Shown here piece by piece: positions 5,948 to 16,240 of a DNA stretch of 47,029 bases (the stretch's first letter is position 1; each line of letters opens with the position of its first letter). The notes beneath the pieces were generated by a model that saw only the letters and a program-made list of their open reading frames with translations, made no database searches and was not told the DNA's origin. The DNA lies in contig CAYREI010000003.1 of the NCBI GenBank assembly GCA_964423285.1, positions 1-47,029 of the forward strand. Reading direction: 5' to 3'. This DNA comes from an uncultured Pseudomonadales bacterium. Its GTDB lineage: Bacteria > Patescibacteriota > Microgenomatia > UBA1400 > PJMF01. The position numbers and the translations under genes were made by a program.

Positions 5948-7507
5948 CTATATCCTTTTAATTGGTAATTTCTTTTCTTTAAACTCTCGAGTAATATCCC
6001 AAATTTGCAAGCAGGGTGCATTATCTGGGCGACAGTATTCTTGAAGCAAATTATTTGGAGGTAAATTAATTTCCAGACGATGATCATTAACGATCAACAG
6101 AATTTGATTAAATCCCTGAGCTTTATCAGCAAATTTTTGAGAAATTTCTCTAACTGGAAAGCCAATGCCTTCTACATAAATATTGTCAACATTTTGACGA
6201 TGAAAATACATCAGGATTCCATCTGGGAGGGTGCCAAACGAGCCTTCAGTGGCGACAGCTACTGTTTGGTTTTTAGCCTGAGTTTTAATAAACTCAACAC
6301 TTTTTTTAACTCCATGACCAGATGACCACTTGTAAAGATATTGCTCTTGGTCAGCGCTAACAAAAGGAATGTTACTAGGGTTAGTAAGTGAAAAATAGAT
6401 AAATTTACTCGATTTAAACCCGATATTAGTTAGCATTGCTCCTAAAATTATTCCTAATATTATTTTTTTCCAGGCAATTTTTTCTTTCTTAATAATTTTT
6501 AGTAGCTCCTGAATTACTAAAATAGCTGAGATAGTGATAAATATACTAATCGGCAAGAAATACCTGGGGTAAACCACTTTTCCCAAGAGTGCAATTGGGC
6601 CAGCAAATAAAATAGTTGAACCGAGTAAAATATGTTGAATACGTCGTTTTTTTATATCCGGTAAAAATTGTCCCAGTAAGTTTAGTAATAAAATGGGCCA
6701 GGTTAGATAAGTCCCAAAATAATTCAAATAGGTAGGAATATTAATTATAGTATCTTTCCATTTGCCTTGAAAAATTACTTCTTTCCAAGGATAGAGAAAA
6801 TCGCTACCTCTGGAGAATAATTGGGAAAAAACAGGGTGTAATTTAAGACTAAAAAATAGTACCATTCCACCAATGATCGCCATTGTAATATGGGCCATTT
6901 GCTTGATTTTAGAGTCTAATTTTGCCGGCTTAAGCCAGGTATAGAGAAATAGGTTGGGAATGATCAAGATAGCCGGTAATTTAGCCCACAATGCTAAGCC
7001 AAAGAATAAAGTAGTTAACCCTATCCACAAGCATTTTTGTTTATTTTCAACGATTTGAATTACACCAATAAATGTCCAGGTTATTCCTAAGGCTAATAAA
7101 GTATCTGTCAGCGCCATTCGATGATGAAAAAACCAGAAAGGCAAAATGCTTCCCAGGAGCATTGCTAGCCAGCTAGTTTTTGTGTTTTCGCCTAGCAATT
7201 TTACTAAATAACTCAGACCCAAAATTTGACCTAAACCAATTAATACTGCCACAAATCTGCCGGCAAATAATTGATCTGAAAATAAAAATTGAAAAGGCAC
7301 CATCAACCACATTAAAAGAGGGGTCTTACCATCATTCATAGGAAAAAATAGATATTGACGCCAATCATCGATAATGAGCTGAGTCCACCTGATGTAAATG
7401 GCTTCATCGGCAAATACTGGTAAAAGTGTTAAATGATAAAGATGAGTAGCTAGATAAAAAATAATAATTAAAATAGGAATTATCCACCAACGAAGTTTTT
7501 TCACCAT
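5948..7507 (-). CDS. GT-C fold membrane glycosyltransferase, family 39/83-like (ArnT/PMT-type)
   Basis: About 12 predicted TM helices. ADEAIY (D-E motif) lies in the first extracytoplasmic loop. Soluble C-terminal domain. Last gene of a tightly packed minus-strand operon. Confidence 0.75.
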   Translation of the reverse strand: MVKKLRWWIIPILIIIFYLATHLYHLTLLPVFADEAIYIRWTQLIIDDWRQYLFFPMNDGKTPLLMWLMVPFQFLFSDQLFAGRFVAVLIGLGQILGLSYLVKLLGENTKTSWLAMLLGSILPFWFFHHRMALTDTLLALGITWTFIGVIQIVENKQKCLWIGLTTLFFGLALWAKLPAILIIPNLFLYTWLKPAKLDSKIKQMAHITMAIIGGMVLFFSLKLHPVFSQLFSRGSDFLYPWKEVIFQGKWKDTIINIPTYLNYFGTYLTWPILLLNLLGQFLPDIKKRRIQHILLGSTILFAGPIALLGKVVYPRYFLPISIFITISAILVIQELLKIIKKEKIAWKKIILGIILGAMLTNIGFKSSKFIYFSLTNPSNIPFVSADQEQYLYKWSSGHGVKKSVEFIKTQAKNQTVAVATEGSFGTLPDGILMYFHRQNVDNIYVEGIGFPVREISQKFADKAQGFNQILLIVNDHRLEINLPPNNLLQEYCRPDNAPCLQIWDITREFKEKKLPIKRI

Positions 7508-7508
7508 T

Positions 7509-8747
7509 CTATTGTAGCCTAGCTGTTCTCGCCCGCCAACTTGCGATGAAAAAATTGATAATCCAAAACAAAATAAATGGTGTCCAAGTGATGAGTCGTT
7601 GTTGAAAAATTATGTTTTCTTGGTAGTTTCCCGCCCAGAAGTAAGGGATATAGCGTAGCATGGAACTAATAGATAAAATTATCAGGCTGATTTTCCAAGC
7701 TTGCCACTTTTTATTAATCAGTGGTAGCCAGACTAAAGACCAAATTAAATACCAAGGTAAAAATTGTTTTGATCTAGGAGTTAAGAGTGGTAAAAATAAT
7801 AAGACTGAAGTTAAAAAAGGCCAGTTGCCGATGATAAATTTATGGAGTTTTGGCCAAGCTTTTTTCCAAGGTAAAACTAGAGCTAACCAAATAGGAATCA
7901 GGGCCAGAGTAGCTAGTTTTATTGAAGCTGAAAATAACAGCAGAGTGAATGAAATTAATATATTTTTACTAGTTTTTTTTCTAGTTGCTAATAAGATTGC
8001 AGTTAAAGCAGGTGTCATCATCCACAAATCATTATGAACATTACTCACTACTTCAATTAATAAAAGTGGATTCAAAAGTAGCAACGGCAACCAAATATTT
8101 TGTTTTTTTATGTTTTTTACTAGAGAAAGACTCAATAATCCCAAGCTTAAAAAACTAAACAAACGGAAAATTAACCAAGTCGATAGAAATTTTCCTCCTC
8201 CTAGAAAATAGGGTAGAAGAGATAATCCAGTCCAGCCATAAAAATATGGAGCTGGTGTATGTGTGTTGTGCATAAATCGAGTCCAGTCATCGGTGGCAAA
8301 ACTTAGAGCCGTTTGGAGATGGGGATTAGCTTGGTAAGCTACAACCATTTTGGCATTAAAAATATAATTAAAAACATCATAAGAAAGAGCATTATTAGAA
8401 AGAACTAATGGGCTAGCAATTAATAACGGTAACCACCAGACCATTTTTACCCCAGGGTACCTTCTCTGGCTTTGCCATTCACCTTGTTGTGTTTTTGGCC
8501 AAATTTTGATAATTCTAAAATAAGTCATAAATAATGAGACTAGGAGAATCAAATAAGTGCCGGTAAGTAGCTGTCTATTATTAAAGAAATTAGCCCACAT
8601 CCACGTTTGGAATCGCCAGTAAGGCGACCAATTGCTTAAAACTAAATTGGGTGCGGTCAGTGAATAAGAAAAAATTGTGTAGATAACTAGCAATAAAAAA
8701 TAAAGCAGCAGGCAGCGACTGAGTTTATTTTTGAATAGCTTAGACAT
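7509..8747 (-). CDS. Polytopic membrane protein, putative GT-C-like glycosyltransferase (DUF2029/PimE-like guess)
   Basis: Hydrophobic throughout. I use the MSKLFKNK start at 8747, which overlaps the upstream GT2 stop by 8 nt (ATGTCTAA), rather than the track start at 8861, which would overlap the GT2 gene by ~120 nt. Confidence 0.6.
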   Translation of the reverse strand: MSKLFKNKLSRCLLLYFLLLVIYTIFSYSLTAPNLVLSNWSPYWRFQTWMWANFFNNRQLLTGTYLILLVSLFMTYFRIIKIWPKTQQGEWQSQRRYPGVKMVWWLPLLIASPLVLSNNALSYDVFNYIFNAKMVVAYQANPHLQTALSFATDDWTRFMHNTHTPAPYFYGWTGLSLLPYFLGGGKFLSTWLIFRLFSFLSLGLLSLSLVKNIKKQNIWLPLLLLNPLLLIEVVSNVHNDLWMMTPALTAILLATRKKTSKNILISFTLLLFSASIKLATLALIPIWLALVLPWKKAWPKLHKFIIGNWPFLTSVLLFLPLLTPRSKQFLPWYLIWSLVWLPLINKKWQAWKISLIILSISSMLRYIPYFWAGNYQENIIFQQRLITWTPFILFWIINFFIASWRARTARLQ

Positions 8748-9507
8748 TATTTTTGTATTTACCTTTAAGATCAGCGATCCTGATCCAAACAATATCTCTG
8801 AGCATACGGAGTGAATCTTTAATTGGGTCAACTCGATCTGTTTCGTGATGATGCCATTCAATTGGTACTTCGCAGATTTTTAGACCATGTTTTTTAGCTA
8901 AGTAAAGCAATTCCACATCAAAAGCACCGGTAAAAGCGTCACCGCGTTGTTCTTGTTGGCCATAAATATGAAGTTGATTAAATAATAAGTTGGTGGCTTG
9001 AGCAGAAAAAAGTTTAAATCCACATTGAGTATCTAAAATACCAGGAATAGCTAAAATTTGAACCAGAATATTAAACCCACGTCCCATCAAGTGTCGGTAC
9101 CAGGGTTCTTCATCTCTAATTGACCCCACCATTTCTCGAGATCCAATAATCACCTCATAGTTTTGTTTTATTCTTGGCCAAAGTTTTTCGATTTCAAACA
9201 AAGGAGTTGATTGGTCAAAATCAGTGAATAATCTCCACTCTCCTTTAGCAGTCAGCATTCCAGCTTTTACCGTTGGGCCTTTACCAGCGTGAATATTTTC
9301 TAAAACACTTACTCGAGGATATTTTTTGGCGAATTGATGAAGTTTTTTAAGTGTCCCATCTTCTGATCCATCATCCGTTAAGATTAGTTCCCATGTATAA
9401 TCTTGATTTTTTAGATAATCAACTACTTTCTCTAAAACTTTATTTTTAAGATTTTCCATTTCATTATAGGAAGGGATGACTACAGATAAGTAGGGTTTAT
9501 TAGACAT
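8740..9507 (-). CDS. GT2 polyprenyl-phosphate (dolichyl-phosphate-type) beta-glycosyltransferase
   Basis: LSVVIPSYNE, LTDDGSEDGT and a DxD-like FDQS region. The 255-aa soluble GT-A resembles Alg5/DPG-synthase-type enzymes. Confidence 0.75.
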   Translation of the reverse strand: MSNKPYLSVVIPSYNEMENLKNKVLEKVVDYLKNQDYTWELILTDDGSEDGTLKKLHQFAKKYPRVSVLENIHAGKGPTVKAGMLTAKGEWRLFTDFDQSTPLFEIEKLWPRIKQNYEVIIGSREMVGSIRDEEPWYRHLMGRGFNILVQILAIPGILDTQCGFKLFSAQATNLLFNQLHIYGQQEQRGDAFTGAFDVELLYLAKKHGLKICEVPIEWHHHETDRVDPIKDSLRMLRDIVWIRIADLKGKYKNNV

Positions 9508-9548
9508 TGTTGTAGTATAGAAAAAACTTGCGTTTAGCTCCAGAGGAA

Positions 9549-11093
9549 TTATCGATCTTCTCGAGTACTAAGAATAATAATTTCTGGACCATTATCAATA
9601 TTAAGGATTTTTTTTGGTTTTTTATCTGGAAAAACTACAATTTCATAAACAGGAGAGTCAGCCACATTTTTTATCGAATGGTCTTCGTTGATAATTATTA
9701 ATGTTTCTGCTTCACCGCGATTAGCTTTTTTAAGTGGAGGATGATCAGTCGTAGTCAGAAAGTATCGGTAATTTTGTGCATCTAAATCCCGTGATTCTGA
9801 AAATAGAACTAAATTATATTTTTCATCTGGTTTGAGTTCTTTATAAATACTATCACTGACAACTTTCATATCATCAATAGTCCAGCCTTGGTTGTAAATT
9901 GATAGGTTGTTGCTAAAGCTAAACCATAGAAAATATCCTAAAAAAGCTCCGCTAGCTAGTTTGCCAATTAATTTACACTTTGTAATTAAAAATCCAAGAA
10001 CGATGCCATAAATCCAAAAAGTAACTGGAAACAAATATGCAATATAGTGATCAAAAATAGTGTGTTCGTAAAGCGAAGCACCGATAATACCGGTGATTAA
10101 GTAGGCTATTATTACCACCCAGCCTGCCCAATGTTTATTTTTTCTATTTTTAATTAGCAGCCAGCTTAAAATAATGACGGTTATTATTAATAGCACTGTG
10201 TTGAGTAATCGTTGTTGACCAATGGCGATCTCAAATAAGGTATGCATGCCGCGACCGTGTGTTTCTTTGATAGTTTTTACCATTTTAGTGATTAGGCCAC
10301 CATCAGTGGTAGTTTTAAAGTTTCTGTCTTGATAAATTAAATTGTAAAAAGCATTGGCATTTAACCAGTCATGCTGAGAGTCAAACAAGATCAGCGGAGT
10401 GAAAGAAAGGAGTAACAAAAGTATGCCTATGACTGAAGCTTTAAGTTGCAAAACAAATTTTTTTGATTTAGCTTTTTTTTTCCAGTTTTCATATAAACTA
10501 ATTAACCAAATAATTCCTGCACCACCGGCTGAAAGTAAAGTTAGATAGTGTAGCTGCAGTAAAACTGCAAAGCTTAAAATTACTCCTATCCAAAACATAG
10601 GATTTTTTTGCCAAGCCTTGTAGGTAAAATAGATCATTAAAGCTGAGACCAATGGGGCTGGGTTTGGATTCCAGCTAAAGCGAGTGTAGACAATGACAGT
10701 TCCAGTGAAGGTAAAAAATGTGGTGGCAATTAAAGCTGCTTTTTTTCCAATTAATTCTTTACCGAATCGATACATTAACCAGACAGTGATAATTCCTAAA
10801 ATGGCGACGGCGTAAGCAGGGCCCATAGGGCTAGGATAACTTAACCATAAAAATGGCAACATAAAATAATAATAAAGCGGTCCAAGATACATGTTACCAA
10901 CACTAGTGACTGGTCCAATAAAAACTAGATTATTTTCAGTAAAAATTTGGGCTACGATCATGGCATCTCGACCTTGATCACCCTGAAACTGAAGAGAGTT
11001 TTTTAAATTATATAAACGTAAAAAAGCTGCTAAGGCAAGTAAAATTACTAATATAATTTTGGGTAAAGGCAAGCGTTTTAAAACTTTTATCAT
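9549..11093 (-). CDS. GT-C fold membrane glycosyltransferase, family 39-like
   Basis: Multi-TM N-terminal region with a GDQGRDAM loop motif and a soluble C-terminal ~110 aa. Same architecture as 5948-7507 and 27812-29521. Confidence 0.7.
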   Translation of the reverse strand: MIKVLKRLPLPKIILVILLALAAFLRLYNLKNSLQFQGDQGRDAMIVAQIFTENNLVFIGPVTSVGNMYLGPLYYYFMLPFLWLSYPSPMGPAYAVAILGIITVWLMYRFGKELIGKKAALIATTFFTFTGTVIVYTRFSWNPNPAPLVSALMIYFTYKAWQKNPMFWIGVILSFAVLLQLHYLTLLSAGGAGIIWLISLYENWKKKAKSKKFVLQLKASVIGILLLLLSFTPLILFDSQHDWLNANAFYNLIYQDRNFKTTTDGGLITKMVKTIKETHGRGMHTLFEIAIGQQRLLNTVLLIITVIILSWLLIKNRKNKHWAGWVVIIAYLITGIIGASLYEHTIFDHYIAYLFPVTFWIYGIVLGFLITKCKLIGKLASGAFLGYFLWFSFSNNLSIYNQGWTIDDMKVVSDSIYKELKPDEKYNLVLFSESRDLDAQNYRYFLTTTDHPPLKKANRGEAETLIIINEDHSIKNVADSPVYEIVVFPDKKPKKILNIDNGPEIIILSTREDR

Positions 11094-11105
11094 CGGAGTG
11101 AGTAG

Positions 11106-12308
11106 TTATTTCTTCTTCTTTTTTTTCCAGATAAAAGCATTGTAGGCAAAAAAGTTCCAAAAAAGTCCTAGTAAGATACCAATTATTACGTATAAAGTGC
11201 CAGTATCGAAGTTATAGCTGATAATTGGTATGGTTAATAATTTGAATAAACCAAAAAATTTTTCACCAATAGTAGCTATTATTAATTGAATTAAGATTGA
11301 ACCAGCAGAAGTGATATTAAATTGTAAGAATTTAAGTGGCGCTTGAGCTAGGGTAATTTTACGATCAGCAAATGTCCAGATGTTATTTAAGATAAAATTA
11401 GAGAGAATTGCTACTTCAATGCTTAAAAAAGTAGCTAAAATAAAACCAGTTATAAATAACCAGTCGAACTCTGGGACCATAGCTCTAAAAAGTTGGAGAG
11501 TGATCAGTTGTATTAGTGTACCGACACCTCCGACCATTAAAAATTTGAATATGCGGTGGTTGAGAATTATTTTTATTTTCATCTTTATAATATATGATAG
11601 TGCATTTTTAATATATTCGGGTCCGATTTTAGATTTACCATATGTTCTATCTTTAAACTTATAAGGAATTTCAGTAATTTTAAAGCCTTTTTGTTTAGCC
11701 TTGTGCAAAAAACCAATCTGGAAAGTATAGCCAGCAAATTTTTCTAAGTTCATTTTTGGATAGATAGCATTGTAGACCTTTTTTGTAATAGCTCTATAGC
11801 CACCAGTCCAGTCGTGAATGGAGAAATCAGTCAGGATTGTTCTGATGACTAAATTACCTATTATGCTGAGAATTTTGCGATGAAAACCCCAGTCTTCGGG
11901 AATACCACCTCCAGGAATATAACGTGAGCCAAGCACCATCTCATCACCTAGATCAATTCTATCTAAAAAGAGTGGAATTTTAGTGGGATCGTGAGATAAA
12001 TCAGCGTCAAATTCAAATACCACATCAGCCTTAAGATCATCGAACGCCTTAGCCATGCCTTTTAAATACGCACCTCCCAAGCCAGCTTTTTGTTTATTTA
12101 TCAATAAATGAAGTTTTGAAGCATACTTTTTGTTTTTTTGAAGTTTTTTGACTATCTCATAGGTTTTATCCGGAGAAGTATCATCTACTATCAAAATATG
12201 CATCTCCCAGTTTTTAATTTGAGCAAAAACATCAAACACTTGAGAAACAGTCAGATCGATATTATCCTTTTCATTATATGTGGGAATAATTACAACCGCT
12301 TTTTTCAT
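11106..12308 (-). CDS. Polyprenol-phosphate mannose/glycose synthase (GT2, Dpm1/Ppm1-like) fused to a C-terminal GtrA-like 4-TM domain
   Basis: VVIIPTYNE, VDDTSPDKT and DADLSHDP in the N-terminal 240 aa. The C-terminal FKFLMVGGVGTLIQL...NFILNNIWTF is GtrA-like. Confidence 0.8.
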   Translation of the reverse strand: MKKAVVIIPTYNEKDNIDLTVSQVFDVFAQIKNWEMHILIVDDTSPDKTYEIVKKLQKNKKYASKLHLLINKQKAGLGGAYLKGMAKAFDDLKADVVFEFDADLSHDPTKIPLFLDRIDLGDEMVLGSRYIPGGGIPEDWGFHRKILSIIGNLVIRTILTDFSIHDWTGGYRAITKKVYNAIYPKMNLEKFAGYTFQIGFLHKAKQKGFKITEIPYKFKDRTYGKSKIGPEYIKNALSYIIKMKIKIILNHRIFKFLMVGGVGTLIQLITLQLFRAMVPEFDWLFITGFILATFLSIEVAILSNFILNNIWTFADRKITLAQAPLKFLQFNITSAGSILIQLIIATIGEKFFGLFKLLTIPIISYNFDTGTLYVIIGILLGLFWNFFAYNAFIWKKKKKK

Positions 12309-13282
12309 TCGCTGATTTTATTTTCTCTCTCTATTTCAGCTTTAACCATGAGGGTAACCAATTCTTCAAAGGTGACAGAAGGTTTCCAACCTAATTTTTC
12401 TTGAGTTTTTTTAGGATCAGCAATAAGCTGATCAACTTCAGCCGGTCTATCGAAAGCTGGATTGTGTTTATAGACTGCTTCCCAATTATCTATGTCAGCT
12501 GCTTTGCAAGAAAGCTGTAAAAATTCTTTCACAGAATGGGCTTTTCCAGTTCCAACGACAAAATCTTCAGGTTTATCTTGTTGTAACATTAACCACATCG
12601 CTTCCACATAATCTTTGGCATAGCCCCAATCACGTTGAGAGTCAAGATTTCCTAGCTCTACAAACTCTTGTTTGCCCAGTTTAATTCTGGCAACAGCATT
12701 GGCAATCTTACGCGTTACAAACTCTAAACCACGACGCGGAGATTCATGATTGAAAAGGATGCCAGAAACAGCGAACATATCATATGATTCGCGATAATTA
12801 ATTGTAATCCAGTGCCCGTATACTTTAGCTACACCATAAGGTGAGCGTGGATAAAAAGGAGTATTTTCATTTTGTGGAGTTTCTTTAACTTTACCGAACA
12901 TTTCTGATGAACTCGCTTGATAAAATTTAGCAGAAGGACAAGCTAAGCGAATAGCTTCTAAAACCCTAGTTACACCAATGGCTGTAAAAACACCAGTTAG
13001 GACTGGTTGTTCCCAGCTGGCTTGAACAAACGATTGTGCAGCCAAATTATAAACTTCATCGGGTTGGATATCTTTAATTGGATAGGTTAAAGAGTGTTGA
13101 TCTATTAAATCACCAGAGATGAGTTTTAGATTTGGATGATGGATAATCTGTTGGATGCGAGCAAAATTCTGTGTACTGGTGCGCCTGGTTAAACCATAAA
13201 CCTGATAATTTTTTTCTAGGAGTAATTCTGCTAAATAAGATCCATCTTGACCAGTAATGCCAGTAATAAAAGCTTTTTTCAT
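12305..13282 (-). CDS. gmd: GDP-mannose 4,6-dehydratase
   Basis: MKKAFITGITGQDGSYLAELLL, SSSEMFG, SPYGVAKVY and LFNHESPRRG are typical Gmd motifs. ATG at 13282 overlaps the upstream stop (ATGA). The track start at 13297 is an alternative. Confidence 0.9.
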   Translation of the reverse strand: MKKAFITGITGQDGSYLAELLLEKNYQVYGLTRRTSTQNFARIQQIIHHPNLKLISGDLIDQHSLTYPIKDIQPDEVYNLAAQSFVQASWEQPVLTGVFTAIGVTRVLEAIRLACPSAKFYQASSSEMFGKVKETPQNENTPFYPRSPYGVAKVYGHWITINYRESYDMFAVSGILFNHESPRRGLEFVTRKIANAVARIKLGKQEFVELGNLDSQRDWGYAKDYVEAMWLMLQQDKPEDFVVGTGKAHSVKEFLQLSCKAADIDNWEAVYKHNPAFDRPAEVDQLIADPKKTQEKLGWKPSVTFEELVTLMVKAEIERENKISE

Positions 13283-14244
13283 AATTGAGATCTCCAATAT
13301 GCTAATATTCTTTCTAAGGTTTTTTTAAGTTCAATTGTAGGCTGCCAGCCTAAATCATTGATTTTTTTAGGATTAGCCACAGCCACAGGTACATCTGATG
13401 GTCTCATTCTTGTTTGATCAATTTCAACCTCAATTTTTACCTTGGCTAGACTGATAAGAATATTTAAAACTTCCTGGATGATATAGCCATGGCCAGTACC
13501 AACATTATAAACCTGACCGATTTTTCCTTTTTCCATTAGCAATAAATATGCTTGAACCATGTCTTTGACATCAGTAAAATCACGGACAGCAGTCAAGTTA
13601 CCGACTTTAAGAGTTTTTTGCTGACCGTTTTCAATAGCTACAATTTGTTGAGCAAAGGTAGGAATAGCAAAATCTGGAGTTTGACGTTCTCCAATATGAT
13701 TAAATGGTCTGACTCTAATAATGTTTAACTTAAAACTTTGAAAATAAGCATAGGCAAGTAGATCTTGAATAATTTTAGAGACGCCATAAGGATTGGCTGG
13801 TCCTAAGGGATAGGTTTCAGTTATAGCTTGAGAGTCATGGTTAGAATATTTGGTAGCTAAGTCATATTCCATAGCACTACCAATAATTAAAAGGCGTGAT
13901 TGAGGAGAGAATTGTTTAATAGCTTCGAGAATATTTAGTTGCAATTGGGTATTATTATCTAAGACTTGTTTAGTGTTATTAAAACTTTTGCCAACGGAAG
14001 CCAATGAAGCCAAATGATAAATTTGATCTGGTCGGATTTTTTTAATCAATGCAAATGTTTTTTCTTGGTTAGTTAAATCTAACTGATGAATTTGTTCTTG
14101 TGGTAGTAATTTATGCACAAACTCAGGCTTATCAGAATAACTAGTGACATGAATATTTTTTTGACCTAATTCAATTAAGATTTCTACTAGATGAGAGCCA
14201 ACAAATCCAGTTCCTCCGGTAATCAATATAGTGGGTTGATTCAT
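13279..14244 (-). CDS. NAD-dependent sugar epimerase/reductase, likely GDP-4-keto-6-deoxy-D-mannose reductase (Rmd-like)
   Basis: ILITGGTGFVGSHL Rossmann motif and YGVSKIIQD (YxxxK). Translationally coupled directly upstream of gmd. Rmd versus fucose synthase cannot be settled by eye. Confidence 0.65.
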   Translation of the reverse strand: MNQPTILITGGTGFVGSHLVEILIELGQKNIHVTSYSDKPEFVHKLLPQEQIHQLDLTNQEKTFALIKKIRPDQIYHLASLASVGKSFNNTKQVLDNNTQLQLNILEAIKQFSPQSRLLIIGSAMEYDLATKYSNHDSQAITETYPLGPANPYGVSKIIQDLLAYAYFQSFKLNIIRVRPFNHIGERQTPDFAIPTFAQQIVAIENGQQKTLKVGNLTAVRDFTDVKDMVQAYLLLMEKGKIGQVYNVGTGHGYIIQEVLNILISLAKVKIEVEIDQTRMRPSDVPVAVANPKKINDLGWQPTIELKKTLERILAYWRSQL

Positions 14245-14246
14245 AT

Positions 14247-15524
14247 TTATTCTCGGCCAATGCCTAAGTAAGTATAACCGCAGTTTTTAATAGTGGTTGG
14301 GTCAAATTGATTTCGTCCATCAATAAAAAATTGAGGCTTACTGAGTCTGGTTTTACAAAAATCAAAAGAAATAATTTCTGGCCATTCAATTATCGCAATA
14401 ATAGCATCAGCATTTATTACAGCTTCTTCCAAGCTATTTTTTTGAGAGAAATTGGTTGTTTTGCCGACCCATTTTGCCTTAGGATCAAATCCCAAAATTT
14501 GAGCTCCATGCTGTTGGAGATACTCAATGATTGCAATACTAGGCGCTTCACGAGTGTCATCGGTATTGGGTTTAAATGATAACCCTAATACGGCCACCTG
14601 TTTATTTTTCCAACCACCAACTTTTTGATCTAATTTTTTCATTAAATATGGTGCACGAGCTAAATTTAATTGGTGTACTTTGTTCATGAGATTATTTGAT
14701 TCTCCCACAGCTCTAGAATAAGCAGCTAATTCACTCACATCTTTAGGGAAACATGATCCGCCATAGCCAAACCCCGGATACCAATAATGAGTGCCGATTC
14801 TAGGGTCTTCTCCAATTCCAGCTGCAACTTCTTCAACATCAGCCCCATTTTTTTCACATAAATCAGCAATTTGATTAATAAAAGTGATTCGAGTTGCTAA
14901 ATAAGTATTTGAGGCATATTTAGCCATTTGAGCTGACTCAGGCTTCATGATGATAATTTTATTTGATAGTGGTTGATGAAGTTGACTTATTTTTTCTCCA
15001 GTTTTTTTATCAGTAGTGCCAATGACTACTCTGGAAGGATGAAGAGTATCTTCAACCGCAGAGCCTTCTCTTAGAAATTCAGGAACTGAGGCAGTAGTAA
15101 AAGTAGTTTTAGTTTTTTGTTTAATAATTTTTTCTATTTGCTCATTAGTTCCTGGGGGGACTGTGCTTTTTATAACTACAATTGCATTCTCTTTTAAATA
15201 AGGAGCCATACTTTCTGCAGTTGAAAAGACATATTTAAGATCAGCCTGGCCATCAGCTGCCGATGGTGTTCCAACCATGATAAAAATCATTTCAGCATCA
15301 GTAATAGCGTTTTTATATGAATTAGTAAAAGTTAGATGACCTTCATTGAGGGTTTTTTTAAGAAGTTCGTTTAATCCGGGTTCAAAAAAAGGAACTTTTC
15401 CTTCAGATAAAGATTTGATTTTGTTTTCATCGATGTCTAGTCCTATTACTTCGTGGCCATGAGAGGCAAAAACTGCACTCGTTACTACGCCTACAAATCC
15501 TGTTCCAATACAAGCAATTTTCAT
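14247..15524 (-). CDS. ugd: UDP-glucose 6-dehydrogenase
   Basis: MKIACIGTGFVGVV NAD fold, catalytic GGSCFPKD, length 425 aa. Confidence 0.85.
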   Translation of the reverse strand: MKIACIGTGFVGVVTSAVFASHGHEVIGLDIDENKIKSLSEGKVPFFEPGLNELLKKTLNEGHLTFTNSYKNAITDAEMIFIMVGTPSAADGQADLKYVFSTAESMAPYLKENAIVVIKSTVPPGTNEQIEKIIKQKTKTTFTTASVPEFLREGSAVEDTLHPSRVVIGTTDKKTGEKISQLHQPLSNKIIIMKPESAQMAKYASNTYLATRITFINQIADLCEKNGADVEEVAAGIGEDPRIGTHYWYPGFGYGGSCFPKDVSELAAYSRAVGESNNLMNKVHQLNLARAPYLMKKLDQKVGGWKNKQVAVLGLSFKPNTDDTREAPSIAIIEYLQQHGAQILGFDPKAKWVGKTTNFSQKNSLEEAVINADAIIAIIEWPEIISFDFCKTRLSKPQFFIDGRNQFDPTTIKNCGYTYLGIGRE

Positions 15525-15568
15525 ATGGTTAATAATATCACAGCTAAGATGATAAAATTGTATTTAAT

Positions 15569-16240
15569 ATGATGATAGATGTCTTAACACTTTTTCCAGA
15601 AATGTTTAAATCAGTATTGAATGAAAGTATTATTAAACGTGCTAAAAATTTTTCTGCAGTAGAGATTAAAGTTCATAATTTAAGAGATTGGGCTTTAGAT
15701 AAACACAAAATGGTTGACGATCGTCCTTTTGGCGGTGGCCCAGGAATGGTTTTAAAAGTAGATGTATTACATAGGGCAATTCTAGATTTAAAAAAACAAA
15801 ATTCAGACGCAGGAGTAGTTTTATTGACTCCACAGGGTAAAAAGTATTCTCAATTAAAAGCTCAGAGTTTGTCTCAAGAAAAAGGTTTGATCTTAGTAGC
15901 AGGTCATTATGAAGGTTTTGATGATCGGATTAGAAAATATGTTGATCAAGAAATTTCTATTGGTGATTATGTTTTAACGGGTGGAGAGTTGCCAGCTATG
16001 GTGATTATAGATAGTGTAATCAGGCTTTTACCAGGAGTTTTAGGTGATGAAAATTCAGCTCCCACAGATTCTTTTAGCTCAGGCGGATTAGGTTATCCTC
16101 AATATACTCGTCCTGAAGAATTTGAAGGTGTGAAAGTTCCGCAAGTGTTACTTTCTGGAAATCACGGTGAAATAAAAAAATACCGTCGGGAGCAAGCTAA
16201 AAAGAAAACTCAACAGAGAAGACCTGATTTAGTTAGTTAA
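15569..16240 (+). CDS. trmD: tRNA (guanine37-N1)-methyltransferase
   Basis: VLTLFPEMF, DDRPFGGGPGMV, GHYEGFDDR, SIGDYVLTGGE and LLSGNH motifs. ATG at 15572 is an equally possible start. Confidence 0.9.
   Translation: MMIDVLTLFPEMFKSVLNESIIKRAKNFSAVEIKVHNLRDWALDKHKMVDDRPFGGGPGMVLKVDVLHRAILDLKKQNSDAGVVLLTPQGKKYSQLKAQSLSQEKGLILVAGHYEGFDDRIRKYVDQEISIGDYVLTGGELPAMVIIDSVIRLLPGVLGDENSAPTDSFSSGGLGYPQYTRPEEFEGVKVPQVLLSGNHGEIKKYRREQAKKKTQQRRPDLVS

Noticed and set aside
8748-8861. Long N-terminal extensions of track ORFs: 7509-8861, 19885-21657, 21650-23152, 34281-35906, 12305-13297
   Set aside because: The extensions overlap the neighbouring genes by up to ~120 nt or use TTG starts. Internal ATGs that give TM/signal-like N-termini and short coupling overlaps fit the operon structure better.
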